Shown: positions 1-9,095 of the stretch, piece by piece | Layout: each line of letters begins with the position of its first letter | Numbering within the stretch: the first letter of the stretch is position 1 | IMG/VR virus record: IMGVR_UViG_3300009425_003086 | Location: 1 to 54,187 of that record | From: a virus | Lineage: Duplodnaviria > Caudoviricetes | Direction: 5' to 3' (one strand) | DNA: 54,187 bases | Made by a program: the position numbers and the translations under genes | The notes under the pieces: model-generated | The model's input: only the letters and a program-made list of their open reading frames with translations | Told to the model about the DNA's origin: nothing | The model's database searches: none

Positions 1-1
1 A

Positions 2-448
2 CTTCTTGCTAAGGAATTTATCGATTCAGATAAACCATTATTCTTCGCCAACTCAGATCAATATTGTGAATGGGATTCAAATGAGTTTATGTACAAAATG
101 AACGAAACCGATGCAGATGGTGGTATTGTATCATTTAGATCAACACACCCCAAATGGAGTTTTGCTAAGGTAGATGAACAAGGATTGGTAACAGAAGTTG
201 CAGAAAAGAATCCAATCTCAGATATTGCAACAGTTGGTTTTTATTATTGGAAACATGGTTCTGATTTCGTAAAATATGCAGAAGAAATGATTACCAATGA
301 TATCAAAGTGAATGGAGAATTCTATGTTTGTCCTGTATTTAATCAAGCAATATCAGATGGAAAGGAAATACGTACCTTTGATATCCCAAAGATGTGGGGA
401 TTAGGAACACCAGAAGACTTACAAACTTATTTAGAAAACCATAAATAA
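2..448 (+). CDS. Sugar-phosphate nucleotidyltransferase-like protein, 5'-truncated by window edge
   Basis: Frame open from nt 2 (LLAKEFIDSDKPLFFANSDQ...); motifs NSDQ, HPKWSF, EVAEK, ATVGFYY, NGEFYV and GLGTPEDL of NTP-transferase/GT-A fold. Confidence 0.75.
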   Translation, partial: LLAKEFIDSDKPLFFANSDQYCEWDSNEFMYKMNETDADGGIVSFRSTHPKWSFAKVDEQGLVTEVAEKNPISDIATVGFYYWKHGSDFVKYAEEMITNDIKVNGEFYVCPVFNQAISDGKEIRTFDIPKMWGLGTPEDLQTYLENHK

Positions 449-1230
449 TGAGAACAGCTATATTTGTATTTGGGCTATATAGACAGTTTGAACAAGCAGC
501 ACCATTCTGGGAAGATACATACAGTAGGTACAATCCTGATTATTACTTTTCATTATGGGACTACAGTAGAGAAGTATGTAAATACAGTCGCTTAAGTGAA
601 GAAGAGCACTTTGACATAGAGCGAAATGTTACTGAATCTATGATTTTAAAATACTTCCCTGATGCAACTATATCTTTACACACCGAAGAATTAGGTAAGT
701 GGAGAAAAAGAATTGCATCAAAAATTTGGTTTACTTTAAAAAAATGTGCTGAAATGTGTGAGAATAGTGGGAACGATTATGATCTAATAATTGTTAAAAG
801 AGCAGATTCAATAGAATATTTTAAGTATAATTTAAGTGACAGTTTACAGCCAAACACAATATACACTAATGGAGGCGCTCAGTTTAATAAAGATAAAACT
901 CCTCATTACGATTTTTTCGATCCACTTTGGTACGGAAGCCCTGAAGCTGTTATACGGTTTATAAATGAATTCTACGAGACTAAGTACTATAGAAACGGAG
1001 TGAGGTGCCACATAGACCCTGATAAATTTTTACATGAATCAGATTTTAAGATGAATAAATTTCTTTCTTGGATGCATTTAATTATTAGACCTAACATGAT
1101 TTCTATGTTTGATGGATCTACTTCTGTAATTGACTTTTTCCGAGATAAAAAATCTGAAATAAACACAGCAGAAGGAAAGTGGTATTTTGATTTACGACCT
1201 ACATTAACTATTAATGCGACTGAAAGATGA
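448..1230 (+). CDS. Hypothetical protein, probable GT-A-like glycan enzyme
   Basis: N-terminal RTAIFVFGLYR, YDLIIVKRAD and FFDPLWYGS; paralogous in layout to the next gene. Confidence 0.45.
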   Translation: MRTAIFVFGLYRQFEQAAPFWEDTYSRYNPDYYFSLWDYSREVCKYSRLSEEEHFDIERNVTESMILKYFPDATISLHTEELGKWRKRIASKIWFTLKKCAEMCENSGNDYDLIIVKRADSIEYFKYNLSDSLQPNTIYTNGGAQFNKDKTPHYDFFDPLWYGSPEAVIRFINEFYETKYYRNGVRCHIDPDKFLHESDFKMNKFLSWMHLIIRPNMISMFDGSTSVIDFFRDKKSEINTAEGKWYFDLRPTLTINATER

Positions 1231-2138
1231 AAATAGCTTTAACAATTAACGGTAGTGGAAGATATATAGAAGAAACTGGAAGGCTGTTTGCTCAATACAA
1301 TAAGCTATATGATGATGTAGAATTTGACTACTATCTTGCAACATGGGAAGACAAAATCGATTATAATAAACTAAAATGGATAACCGGTTACGAAAGATTA
1401 AAAGAAGAAGACAGTAGATACTTTGATTTAAACAATTATACTGAAACACTAGGACACCAGCCCCAGTTTATGTACTCTCTCTATAGAGTAAATCATCTAC
1501 GTAATCAATCTAATATAAAATACGATGCAATTCTTCAGACTCGATCTGATATATTCATTACCCGTGATGCTTTAGACTCTTTAGTTGACGTTTTGAGAAA
1601 AGGTCTTATTAAAGATAATTTAATGTATAATCCTAGTGGAGTAGATTCCAAAGGAGGTTATTTATGGTGTAATGATTACTTTATGTTTGGAAGTCCTTCG
1701 GTTATGGATACATATAGTATGGCCTGGTTAAATTATTTTTTAGATAAATCATCCCATTTCTATAAAAACCGTCAGGAGTTAATACTTAACCATAGATGGT
1801 CAGCAGAATTTTTACATCAAAAGGGTATTCATATACTATCTAATGGTTCTACGCATAGAACTATGTTAGTTAGAGAACCTTTTAGATTTGAACCAAAAAG
1901 CTACCATGCAGGAGCAGGATGGCACAAAAAAAATCCATCAACAGAACAGTTAACACGTTTATTAAAAGAAAAAGGAGAAGAGTACATTATGGACATTAAG
2001 TATGATGTATTAGTAAAGTACTTTTTAAACACCGATAAAGGATCAATAGAAAACACAATCATACCAGGACATAAGTATAATGTAATTGATATACCAGAAT
2101 ATTACGCAACATATGCTAAAGATAAAGATAATAAATAA
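1227..2138 (+). CDS. Hypothetical protein, probable GT-A-like glycan enzyme
   Basis: MKIALTINGSGR, YDAILQTRSD and NDYFMFGS; ATGA overlap with upstream gene. Confidence 0.45.
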   Translation: MKIALTINGSGRYIEETGRLFAQYNKLYDDVEFDYYLATWEDKIDYNKLKWITGYERLKEEDSRYFDLNNYTETLGHQPQFMYSLYRVNHLRNQSNIKYDAILQTRSDIFITRDALDSLVDVLRKGLIKDNLMYNPSGVDSKGGYLWCNDYFMFGSPSVMDTYSMAWLNYFLDKSSHFYKNRQELILNHRWSAEFLHQKGIHILSNGSTHRTMLVREPFRFEPKSYHAGAGWHKKNPSTEQLTRLLKEKGEEYIMDIKYDVLVKYFLNTDKGSIENTIIPGHKYNVIDIPEYYATYAKDKDNK

Positions 2139-2140
2139 CT

Positions 2141-2389
2141 ATGGCTAATAAGATAACTAAAATAAAAAAAGCAGAGCTAACACAAGTTCATGCTATTAAG
2201 ACTGATAAAGAACATTTACTGATAGAGTTAGGAGAGATTAAACTTTTAGAATTGCAATTAGAAGAAAGATTAACAAGAGCAAAAGAAAATAAACTCCGAA
2301 TTGAAAATTTTGAACTTTCATTAACCAATTCTTTAAATCAAAAATACGGAAATATTGAAATAGATTTAAAGACGGGAAATATTAGTTAA
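2141..2389 (+). CDS. Small coiled-coil hypothetical protein
   Basis: 82-aa ORF, heptad-like Leu pattern, C-terminal KYGNIEIDLKTG. Confidence 0.65.
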   Translation: MANKITKIKKAELTQVHAIKTDKEHLLIELGEIKLLELQLEERLTRAKENKLRIENFELSLTNSLNQKYGNIEIDLKTGNIS

Positions 2390-2400
2390 AATTCTTAGGT

Positions 2401-2484
2401 GGTTTAGATTCTTTTTTTCTATTTATAAATGTAATCTAACTTACTATCTTATAGAGTGGTTTGGAGGAATGAACGATATTTATA
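2401..2484 (+). promoter_or_regulatory. Tandem putative late promoters (GGTTT-N14-TATTTATA, two copies) upstream of tail sheath
   Basis: TATTTATA at 2420-2427 and 2477-2484, each preceded by GGTTT with a 14-nt spacer. Confidence 0.55.
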
Positions 2485-2512
2485 TAAAAACACGACTTAA
2501 ATTAACATCAAC

Positions 2513-4291
2513 ATGGCAGAAACAATAATCTCACCTGGTGTACTTGCAAGAGAAAATGACGTATCATTTATCTCCCCGGCACCCCAAGAAGTTGGAGCAG
2601 CTTTCATTGGGCCTACAACAAAGGGACCGATTGAGAATCCTACTACTGTAACATCTTTTGGGGAATATTCAAGGAAGTTCGGTAGAACATTCACTTCAGG
2701 TTCTACTAACGTAGAGTACTTTACATCCTTAGCTGTAAAAAATTATTTCGATCAAGGTGGTAACACAGCACTTATCACAAGGGTTGTATCCGGATCCGCA
2801 GGATGGACTTCAGCACAATCAACTCCTATATCAGGATCAGTAGGGCTTCCAGCAACAGAAATACTTCAATTAAAAACACTTGGTAAAGGTATACAATATA
2901 ACGGTGTAACCGGATCAATAGAATATACTAGCGGCGATGAATTAAACAGCGGAGCACTTAAAAGTGGTTCAGCAGACAATATAAGATGGGAAGTTTCAAA
3001 CCTTAATACTTCAAAAGGTACTTTCTCACTACTAGTAAGAAGAGGTGATGACAATCACAAAAACAAAATTATACTAGAAACGTTTAGTAATTTAAGTTTA
3101 GATCCAAACGATGATCGATATGTATCAAAACAAATCGGTGATAGTTACACATCTAAAACTTCAGACGGGACTAACACATATATACAATCAGTTGGAGAAT
3201 ATCCAAACCGATCTAACTATATTAGAGTATCAGACGTAAAAGTAAATACTTCAAACTATTTAGGTACAGATGGGATAACAGTTAATGAAGATGCAGCAGG
3301 ATTAAGCTATTCAGCTTCTATTCCAGCAGCAGCATCTGGAGCCTTTGCAGGTGCCACCGGTACTAACGTAACAGCAACATCACTCTTCTTTGGAGATGTT
3401 TCAAACGATACAGCAGGTATACAGGGATTAATTGGAGCTGATTATAACGATGCTATAACAATCTTAGAAAATAAAGACGAATGGAGATTTAATATTATAT
3501 CTGCACCAGGTCTTATACACTCATTTGCTACGAATGGTTCTACTCAAGTAGATAACCTTATATCGTTAGCGGAATCAAGAGGAGATTGTATCGCAGTAGT
3601 AGATTTAGTAGCTAAAGGAACAGCAGCAGTAACAACAGTAACATCTGAAGCATCAGAAGTAAATAGTTCTTATGCAGCAACATATTGGCCTTGGGTACAA
3701 GTAGGATCAGCAACAGGTAAAAACGTTTACGTTCCTGCATCAGTAGTAGTACCTGGAGTATATGCATTTACAGATGGAGCTCAAGCCCCATGGTTTGCAC
3801 CAGCAGGACTAGTAAGAGGAGGAGTTCCTTCAGTATTACAAACAGAAAGAAAATTAACAAGATCTGAAAGAGATACTTTATATAGTGGAAACGTTAATCC
3901 TATCGCAACATTCCCAGGACAAGGAATAGCAATATTTGGACAGAAGACTTTACAAAAAGCAGCTTCATCTCTAGATAGAGTAAATGTTCGTAGATTGTTA
4001 ATAGAACTTAAGAAATTCGTTAGCGATCAAGCAAACACGTTGGTATTCGATCAAAACACTATATCAACAAGAAACAGATTCTTATCTGCAGTAAATCCAT
4101 TCTTAGAATCGGTAGTACAGAGACAAGGATTATATTCATTTAGAGTTGTAATGGATGATTCGAACAACACAGCAGATGTAATCGATAGAAATCAATTAAT
4201 TGGACAGATATTTGTTCAACCAGCTAAAACAGCTGAATTTATTGTTCTTGACTTTACATTAGAACCAACAGGAGCAACTTTTAGCGGATAA
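2513..4291 (+). CDS. Contractile tail sheath protein
   Basis: N-terminal ISPGVLAREND and AFIGPTTKGP; C-terminal YWPW, PWFAPAG, GQKTLQ, DRVNVRRLL and PAKTAEFI typical of sheath proteins. Confidence 0.95.
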   Translation: MAETIISPGVLARENDVSFISPAPQEVGAAFIGPTTKGPIENPTTVTSFGEYSRKFGRTFTSGSTNVEYFTSLAVKNYFDQGGNTALITRVVSGSAGWTSAQSTPISGSVGLPATEILQLKTLGKGIQYNGVTGSIEYTSGDELNSGALKSGSADNIRWEVSNLNTSKGTFSLLVRRGDDNHKNKIILETFSNLSLDPNDDRYVSKQIGDSYTSKTSDGTNTYIQSVGEYPNRSNYIRVSDVKVNTSNYLGTDGITVNEDAAGLSYSASIPAAASGAFAGATGTNVTATSLFFGDVSNDTAGIQGLIGADYNDAITILENKDEWRFNIISAPGLIHSFATNGSTQVDNLISLAESRGDCIAVVDLVAKGTAAVTTVTSEASEVNSSYAATYWPWVQVGSATGKNVYVPASVVVPGVYAFTDGAQAPWFAPAGLVRGGVPSVLQTERKLTRSERDTLYSGNVNPIATFPGQGIAIFGQKTLQKAASSLDRVNVRRLLIELKKFVSDQANTLVFDQNTISTRNRFLSAVNPFLESVVQRQGLYSFRVVMDDSNNTADVIDRNQLIGQIFVQPAKTAEFIVLDFTLEPTGATFSG

Positions 4292-4304
4292 TTTTAATTT
4301 TAGA

Positions 4305-4312
4305 TATTTATA
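4305..4312 (+). promoter_or_regulatory. Putative late promoter TATTTATA
   Basis: Motif 13 nt before tail tube ATG; recurs before other structural genes. Confidence 0.5.
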
Positions 4313-4325
4313 ATAAAAAAAAGAC

Positions 4326-4811
4326 ATGGCAATATTAGATACTAACGAAATAATGTTCAGAGCCTTTGAACCAAAGGTACAAAACAGGTTCTTCATGGTA
4401 ATTGACGGAATAGAGTCGTTTATGATTAAGAATGTGACAGCACCTTCCTTCTCAGACGAACCGATCAAACTAGATCACATTAATTCATACAGAAAAATAA
4501 GGGGTAAAAGAGAGTGGCAAGATATGGACATGACACTATATGATCCAATCACACCATCTGGAGCTCAAGCTTGTATGGAATGGGCTAGACTATCATATGA
4601 ATCAGTAACAGGAAGAGCAGGTTACTCTGATTTTTATAAGAAAGATATAACACTAAACGTTTTAGGTCCTGTAGGAGACATTGTTTCTGAATGGATTATA
4701 AAAGGAGCTATGATTACTAGCTTTGCACAAGGTAGTTTTGATTGGACAAGTTCAGAGCCAACAGAAGTTACAATGACCGTAGCCATGGATTATTGTGTAC
4801 TTAATTACTAA
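4326..4811 (+). CDS. Tail tube protein (T4 gp19-like)
   Basis: Follows sheath; 161 aa; FEPKVQNRF, W-x-D-x-x-MTLYDP, GDIVSEWIIKGA. Confidence 0.88.
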   Translation: MAILDTNEIMFRAFEPKVQNRFFMVIDGIESFMIKNVTAPSFSDEPIKLDHINSYRKIRGKREWQDMDMTLYDPITPSGAQACMEWARLSYESVTGRAGYSDFYKKDITLNVLGPVGDIVSEWIIKGAMITSFAQGSFDWTSSEPTEVTMTVAMDYCVLNY

Positions 4812-4835
4812 GCACTAAGAATTTTATTGAAAATT

Positions 4836-4867
4836 AAGAACCTAGATTTATTTTTAGGTTTTTTTTT
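4836..4867 (+). terminator. Rho-independent terminator
   Basis: AAGAACCTAGA / TTTAGGTTTTT stem followed by a T run after tail tube. Confidence 0.75.
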
Positions 4868-4876
4868 GTAAAATAG

Positions 4877-4907
4877 TTGCCTAATAAGTTAAATCTTCGT
4901 ATATTTA
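4877..4907 (+). promoter_or_regulatory. Bacteroidota-type -33/-7 promoter
   Basis: TTG(4877)-N20-TATATTTA(4900). Confidence 0.65.
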
Positions 4908-4937
4908 TTATTAGAACTAGTTATAACAAAATAATTT

Positions 4938-5687
4938 ATGGAATCCAAATTTACATTACCTACTGAATCAGTAGATTTACCGTCTAGAGGGTTACTTTAC
5001 CCTAAAGACTCACCCCTTTCCAGCGGAAAAATAGAAATGAAGTATATGACCGCTAAGGAAGAAGACATTCTCTCCAATGCAAACTACATTAAAGCTGGAA
5101 CAGCATTAGATAGAGTATTAAAATCACTTGTCGTTGATAAAGGAGTTAACTTTAACACTTTGTTAACAGGAGATAAGAATGCTATTATGGTAGCAGCACG
5201 TATATTATCTTACGGAAAAGACTATGAATTTAAATTAGGTGAAGAAGATCATATTATTGACCTATCGCAACTAAAAGAAAAAGATATAAACTATAAATTA
5301 TTAGAAGACGGTAAAAATGAATTTAAATTTACTTTACCTAAAACTGATAATAAAATTACATTTAAGTTATTAAATCAAATAGATGAGAATAACATAGAAA
5401 AAGAAGTAAAAGGAAAACAGAAAATAGATAAACAAAGTAACAGCGAAGGTTCTACAAGACTGAAATATATGATTACCTCAGTTAATGAAAATAAAGAATC
5501 AAAAGACATTAGAGATTTCGTCGATAATTACTTATTAGCATCGGATGCAAGAGCTCTTAGAGCAGAATACCAAAAAGTATCCCCAGATATTGATATGAAT
5601 TACACGTACGATAATCCTGAAGGAGGAGAAGAGGAGGTAGAGATCCCGATAGGGGTTACCTTTTTTTGGCCTGACTTCAAATTATAG
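4938..5687 (+). CDS. Tail assembly chaperone / T4 gp26-like baseplate hub assembly protein
   Basis: LPSRGLLYP, MKYMTAKEEDIL, GDKNAIMVAARILSYG; lies between tube and tape measure; ends FFWPDFKL over a T7 run. Confidence 0.75.
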   Translation: MESKFTLPTESVDLPSRGLLYPKDSPLSSGKIEMKYMTAKEEDILSNANYIKAGTALDRVLKSLVVDKGVNFNTLLTGDKNAIMVAARILSYGKDYEFKLGEEDHIIDLSQLKEKDINYKLLEDGKNEFKFTLPKTDNKITFKLLNQIDENNIEKEVKGKQKIDKQSNSEGSTRLKYMITSVNENKESKDIRDFVDNYLLASDARALRAEYQKVSPDIDMNYTYDNPEGGEEEVEIPIGVTFFWPDFKL

Positions 5688-5916
5688 AAAAAATCTATTT
5701 AAGCAAATCCATGAAATAGTTTTTCATGGTAAAGGGGGTTACGACTGGCATACTGTTTATAATATGCCTATCTGGTTAAGGAGGTATACTTTTCAAGAAA
5801 TAGAACAATTTTACCTTGATCAAAAAGAACAACAACAAGACGCATCCGGTAAACCACAACTTACCGTAGCTAAACCGGACATAAGACCAAATTATACCAC
5901 AAAGGCTTCTAAATAA
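5653..5916 (+). CDS. Start-less ORF, probable frameshift extension of the tail chaperone (FFGLTSNYRKNLFKQIHEIVFHGKGGYDW...)
   Basis: +1 frame open 5653-5916, bounded upstream by TAG at 5650, no ATG until 5764; overlaps T7 at 5661-5667; missing from ORF track. Confidence 0.7.
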   Translation, partial: GLPFFGLTSNYRKNLFKQIHEIVFHGKGGYDWHTVYNMPIWLRRYTFQEIEQFYLDQKEQQQDASGKPQLTVAKPDIRPNYTTKASK

Positions 5917-5927
5917 TAGAAGCTTTT
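5901..5927 (+). terminator. Hairpin/terminator after chaperone extension
   Basis: AAAGGCTTCTA-AATAA-TAGAAGCTTTT, followed by TATTTATA at 5930. Confidence 0.6.
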
Positions 5928-5954
5928 GCTATTTATATGAAAGTATTACTCTAA

Positions 5955-8852
5955 ATGGCTAAAATACCCATCCAAAAGACAACACCTCCAACTAAAGAGA
6001 GAGCAAAGGAAATGAATGAGCTCAAACAAGCAGGAGCTGAATTCGTTGATGTTTTAAACCAAATGAAGGAGGCGATGAAAAAGGTTAGTGCCTCTTCACA
6101 AGATACTGTTGGTGAGATGAGGTTTATGACTGGTTTCCAAAAACAATCATTAGAATTAGCGAAGCAGATGGAGAGGATGACTACTACTGATTTAGCTAAT
6201 GCAAAAAAACGAAATAGTTTTAATAAAGCTGTAAAAGAGACAGCAGCTGAAATAGCTAGTCAAACAGCTGAAATAGCTAGTCTATCTTCAAAAATAGTAA
6301 CAGCTCAAAAGAAAATAGAAAAATCTAAAAAAACCATATCCTCTGAAACAAAAAATACTTCAAGAGAGAGTAGAGATGCTATTCAAGCTGCTAAAAAATC
6401 AATAATAGTTGATGAAGACAAACTAAAAACAGCTGAAGCACAAGTAAAGGAACTTGTAAACCAGAAAGAGACATCAGAAGCACTACTAAAAGTAGCCCAA
6501 AAATTTGGTAAAACTACTCAATCTGTAGCAAGAGCAGCTAGCGTCTTTGGTGGAATCGCAGAAGTATTTGCCGGTATACCTATACTCGGCCCAGTCTTCA
6601 ATGGATTTGCAAAATCCTCCCAGAAAATGGCAGAACATGTAGCAGATGGAGGCTCAGCCGCATCAGGTATGAAAGATGCATTTAAAGATATAATGAAGCT
6701 AGGTCTTACTACAATGATTGCTATGTTGTGGCAAGGAATTCAAAAGATACAAGCAGGAGCAGCTAAAATACGTAGAGAATTAGGAATGGCTGGTGAAGAT
6801 GCAGCAAGAGCCTTTTCAAAAGCATCCGCAGCAGCAGCAGGAATGGGAATGCCGGTAAGCGAAGCAGCTGGAGCAGTAGTTGGATTCAATAAAGCATTAC
6901 ATACATCAGCAGTAGTTTCAAAAGAAACAAATAAATATATTTTAGGTATAGCTAATAGAATGGGTCTTGGAGCAGAAGCCGCTGCTAAATTATATAAAGA
7001 AGCAGCTAATTCTGGAAAAACTCTAAAAGAGATAACAGATGAAACTGTAGGATTTACTCAAAAGTTTAATAAAGCTAATAAAGTATTCTTAAGCGGAGCA
7101 GACATACTTAACGATGTTGCAAACGCTTCATCACAGACAGCATTGTCAACTAAAAAATTCCCCGGTGGTTTAAAGCTAGCAGCAGCAGAAGCAAGAAAGT
7201 TAGGTACCGATTTATCAAAATCTAAAGATGCAATGAGTGGAATGCTTGATTTTGAGCAATCCTTAACAGCGGAAATGGAAGCAGAAATGTTACTTGGTAG
7301 AAACCTTAACTTAGATAAAGCCAGATTAGCAGCATTAAATGGAGATATAGCAGGGTTTAACAGAGAAATAGCTAAACAAGGTATTACTGCTAAGTCTTTT
7401 GGAGATATGAATGTTCTTCAACAAAATGCAGTTGCAGCCGCATTAGGTAAAAATGCAGAATCTTTAGCAGCAGAATTAAAATCAAAAGAAACAAATAAAG
7501 TATTAGAAGAAGAAGCTCTTGCTAATGGTCAAAAGCATAATAATTCAAAACTTTCTGAATTAGAATTAGGAGCTCAAATTAATGAACAAGCCTTATTCCA
7601 AGCTACAGTAGCAGAACGATTAGCCTCAGCATTTGAAAAAATACAGCTGCTATTAGCAGAAAAAATACTACCATATCTAATAGATTTTGCAAATTGGATT
7701 ACAAAAAGTGAAACAAATTTAGGTTTAGTAGCTGCTGCATTGACAGCTATTGGCGCCATGTCCATCATAGCTCCATTTAAAGCTGCATGGAATATGACAA
7801 CCTCAATAGTTAGCACTCTTACAACTGCAATCTCAAAAATGTTAGGTCTCGGTAAAGCAGCAAAAAATGTTGCTAAAGGGCCCCAATCTCAAAGTCTTAT
7901 GAGTAAAGCATGGGGAGCAACTAAAAACGCAGTAAAAACAGGTGCCGGCAAGATCAAAAATAGCAGTCTAGGAAAAGCAGTTGGAAATGCAGGCAAAAAT
8001 ATTGCCTCAAAAGCAACCAAAGCAGGCCAATTTGTTGCCACAAAAGCAGGTAACGTAGGAACTGGAATTGGTAATGCAGCAAAAGGAGCTAAAGATTTTG
8101 TTGTCAAAAATGCAAGTAAAGCAGGTCAGTTTGTTTCAGAAAAAACTGGAGAAATATTTTCAATGAAAGGTGTTGGCGGTAAGCTAGGTAAATTATTTAA
8201 AGGAATGGGTAAATTTGCAAGAAAAGTACCTGTAATTGGTGGAGCTATTGAAACAATGCTTGCTAACCATGATATGAAAGCTTTAGCAGCATCAGGAGCT
8301 TCTAAAGAAGAAATCCACCATGGAATTGGTAAAAGAGGAATACAAGCAATAACTGGAATGATAGGTGGAGCTGGAGCAGCAGCTTTAGTAACTGCTTTAA
8401 GCGCAACAGGTGTACCAGGCTTTCTAGTTAGTGGTCTAGCTTATACACTTGGTGACATGCTGGGAAGAGGTTTAGGAGGATTAATAGCAGATAATGCCGG
8501 TTCACATACTGGAGCAATTGGAAAATCAATTGCAGAAAATTTTGGTTACGATAAAACTATACAAGCTACAAAAGAAGCAAGCGACGCAGCTGCATCTTCT
8601 GAAACTGTAGGATCACCATCCATCGTAACACCAAAACCAGAAGGTACAGCATCAAATCCATTAATCACTAAAGATTTTGTTATTAAACCTTTAAATGAAG
8701 ATACTATCACAATGGCCGGTGGTACTAAGCTAGGTGGTAATGTAGAATCATTATTAGAACAGCTAATTGATATAGTTTCAAAAGGAACAGTTATTAACTT
8801 AGATGGTAAATTAGTTGGTGAAGGATTAGTAATGGCTGCAACAAAACAATAG
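5955..8852 (+). CDS. Tape measure protein
   Basis: 965 aa, Ala/Lys/Gly-rich helical; LDFEQSLTAEMEAEMLLGRNLNLDKAR; follows chaperone. Confidence 0.85.
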   Translation: MAKIPIQKTTPPTKERAKEMNELKQAGAEFVDVLNQMKEAMKKVSASSQDTVGEMRFMTGFQKQSLELAKQMERMTTTDLANAKKRNSFNKAVKETAAEIASQTAEIASLSSKIVTAQKKIEKSKKTISSETKNTSRESRDAIQAAKKSIIVDEDKLKTAEAQVKELVNQKETSEALLKVAQKFGKTTQSVARAASVFGGIAEVFAGIPILGPVFNGFAKSSQKMAEHVADGGSAASGMKDAFKDIMKLGLTTMIAMLWQGIQKIQAGAAKIRRELGMAGEDAARAFSKASAAAAGMGMPVSEAAGAVVGFNKALHTSAVVSKETNKYILGIANRMGLGAEAAAKLYKEAANSGKTLKEITDETVGFTQKFNKANKVFLSGADILNDVANASSQTALSTKKFPGGLKLAAAEARKLGTDLSKSKDAMSGMLDFEQSLTAEMEAEMLLGRNLNLDKARLAALNGDIAGFNREIAKQGITAKSFGDMNVLQQNAVAAALGKNAESLAAELKSKETNKVLEEEALANGQKHNNSKLSELELGAQINEQALFQATVAERLASAFEKIQLLLAEKILPYLIDFANWITKSETNLGLVAAALTAIGAMSIIAPFKAAWNMTTSIVSTLTTAISKMLGLGKAAKNVAKGPQSQSLMSKAWGATKNAVKTGAGKIKNSSLGKAVGNAGKNIASKATKAGQFVATKAGNVGTGIGNAAKGAKDFVVKNASKAGQFVSEKTGEIFSMKGVGGKLGKLFKGMGKFARKVPVIGGAIETMLANHDMKALAASGASKEEIHHGIGKRGIQAITGMIGGAGAAALVTALSATGVPGFLVSGLAYTLGDMLGRGLGGLIADNAGSHTGAIGKSIAENFGYDKTIQATKEASDAAASSETVGSPSIVTPKPEGTASNPLITKDFVIKPLNEDTITMAGGTKLGGNVESLLEQLIDIVSKGTVINLDGKLVGEGLVMAATKQ
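6244..6282 (+). repeat. In-frame 18-bp direct repeat with 21-nt period in tape measure
   Basis: CAGCTGAAATAGCTAGTC at 6244 and 6265 (encodes AEIAS twice). Confidence 0.8.
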
Positions 8853-8887
8853 TACACTATTTATATAAAACAATTAAAATTAAAATT

Positions 8888-9088
8888 ATGAGCATATTAA
8901 AAGGATCAATTGGTTCAAAGTACGGTTTAAAAGGTAATACACCTGAATTAAGAGCAGGAGCATTTGGATCATCAAAACTTCACGTACAAGGTAAAGGTAT
9001 AGCACTTAGTGTTCCACCTTCAGCTACGGAATTAGATTTAGACGGTATTCAACCTTCAAACACTTACAGTTCTAACTTACCTAGATAA
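8888..9088 (+). CDS. Small hypothetical, probably virion protein
   Basis: 66 aa, preceded by TATTTATA at 8858. Confidence 0.6.
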   Translation: MSILKGSIGSKYGLKGNTPELRAGAFGSSKLHVQGKGIALSVPPSATELDLDGIQPSNTYSSNLPR

Positions 9089-9095
9089 TTAATCA

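Noticed and set aside
5660-5674. Canonical -1 frameshift in the tail chaperone
   Set aside because: The -1 frame stops at TGA 5672 almost immediately
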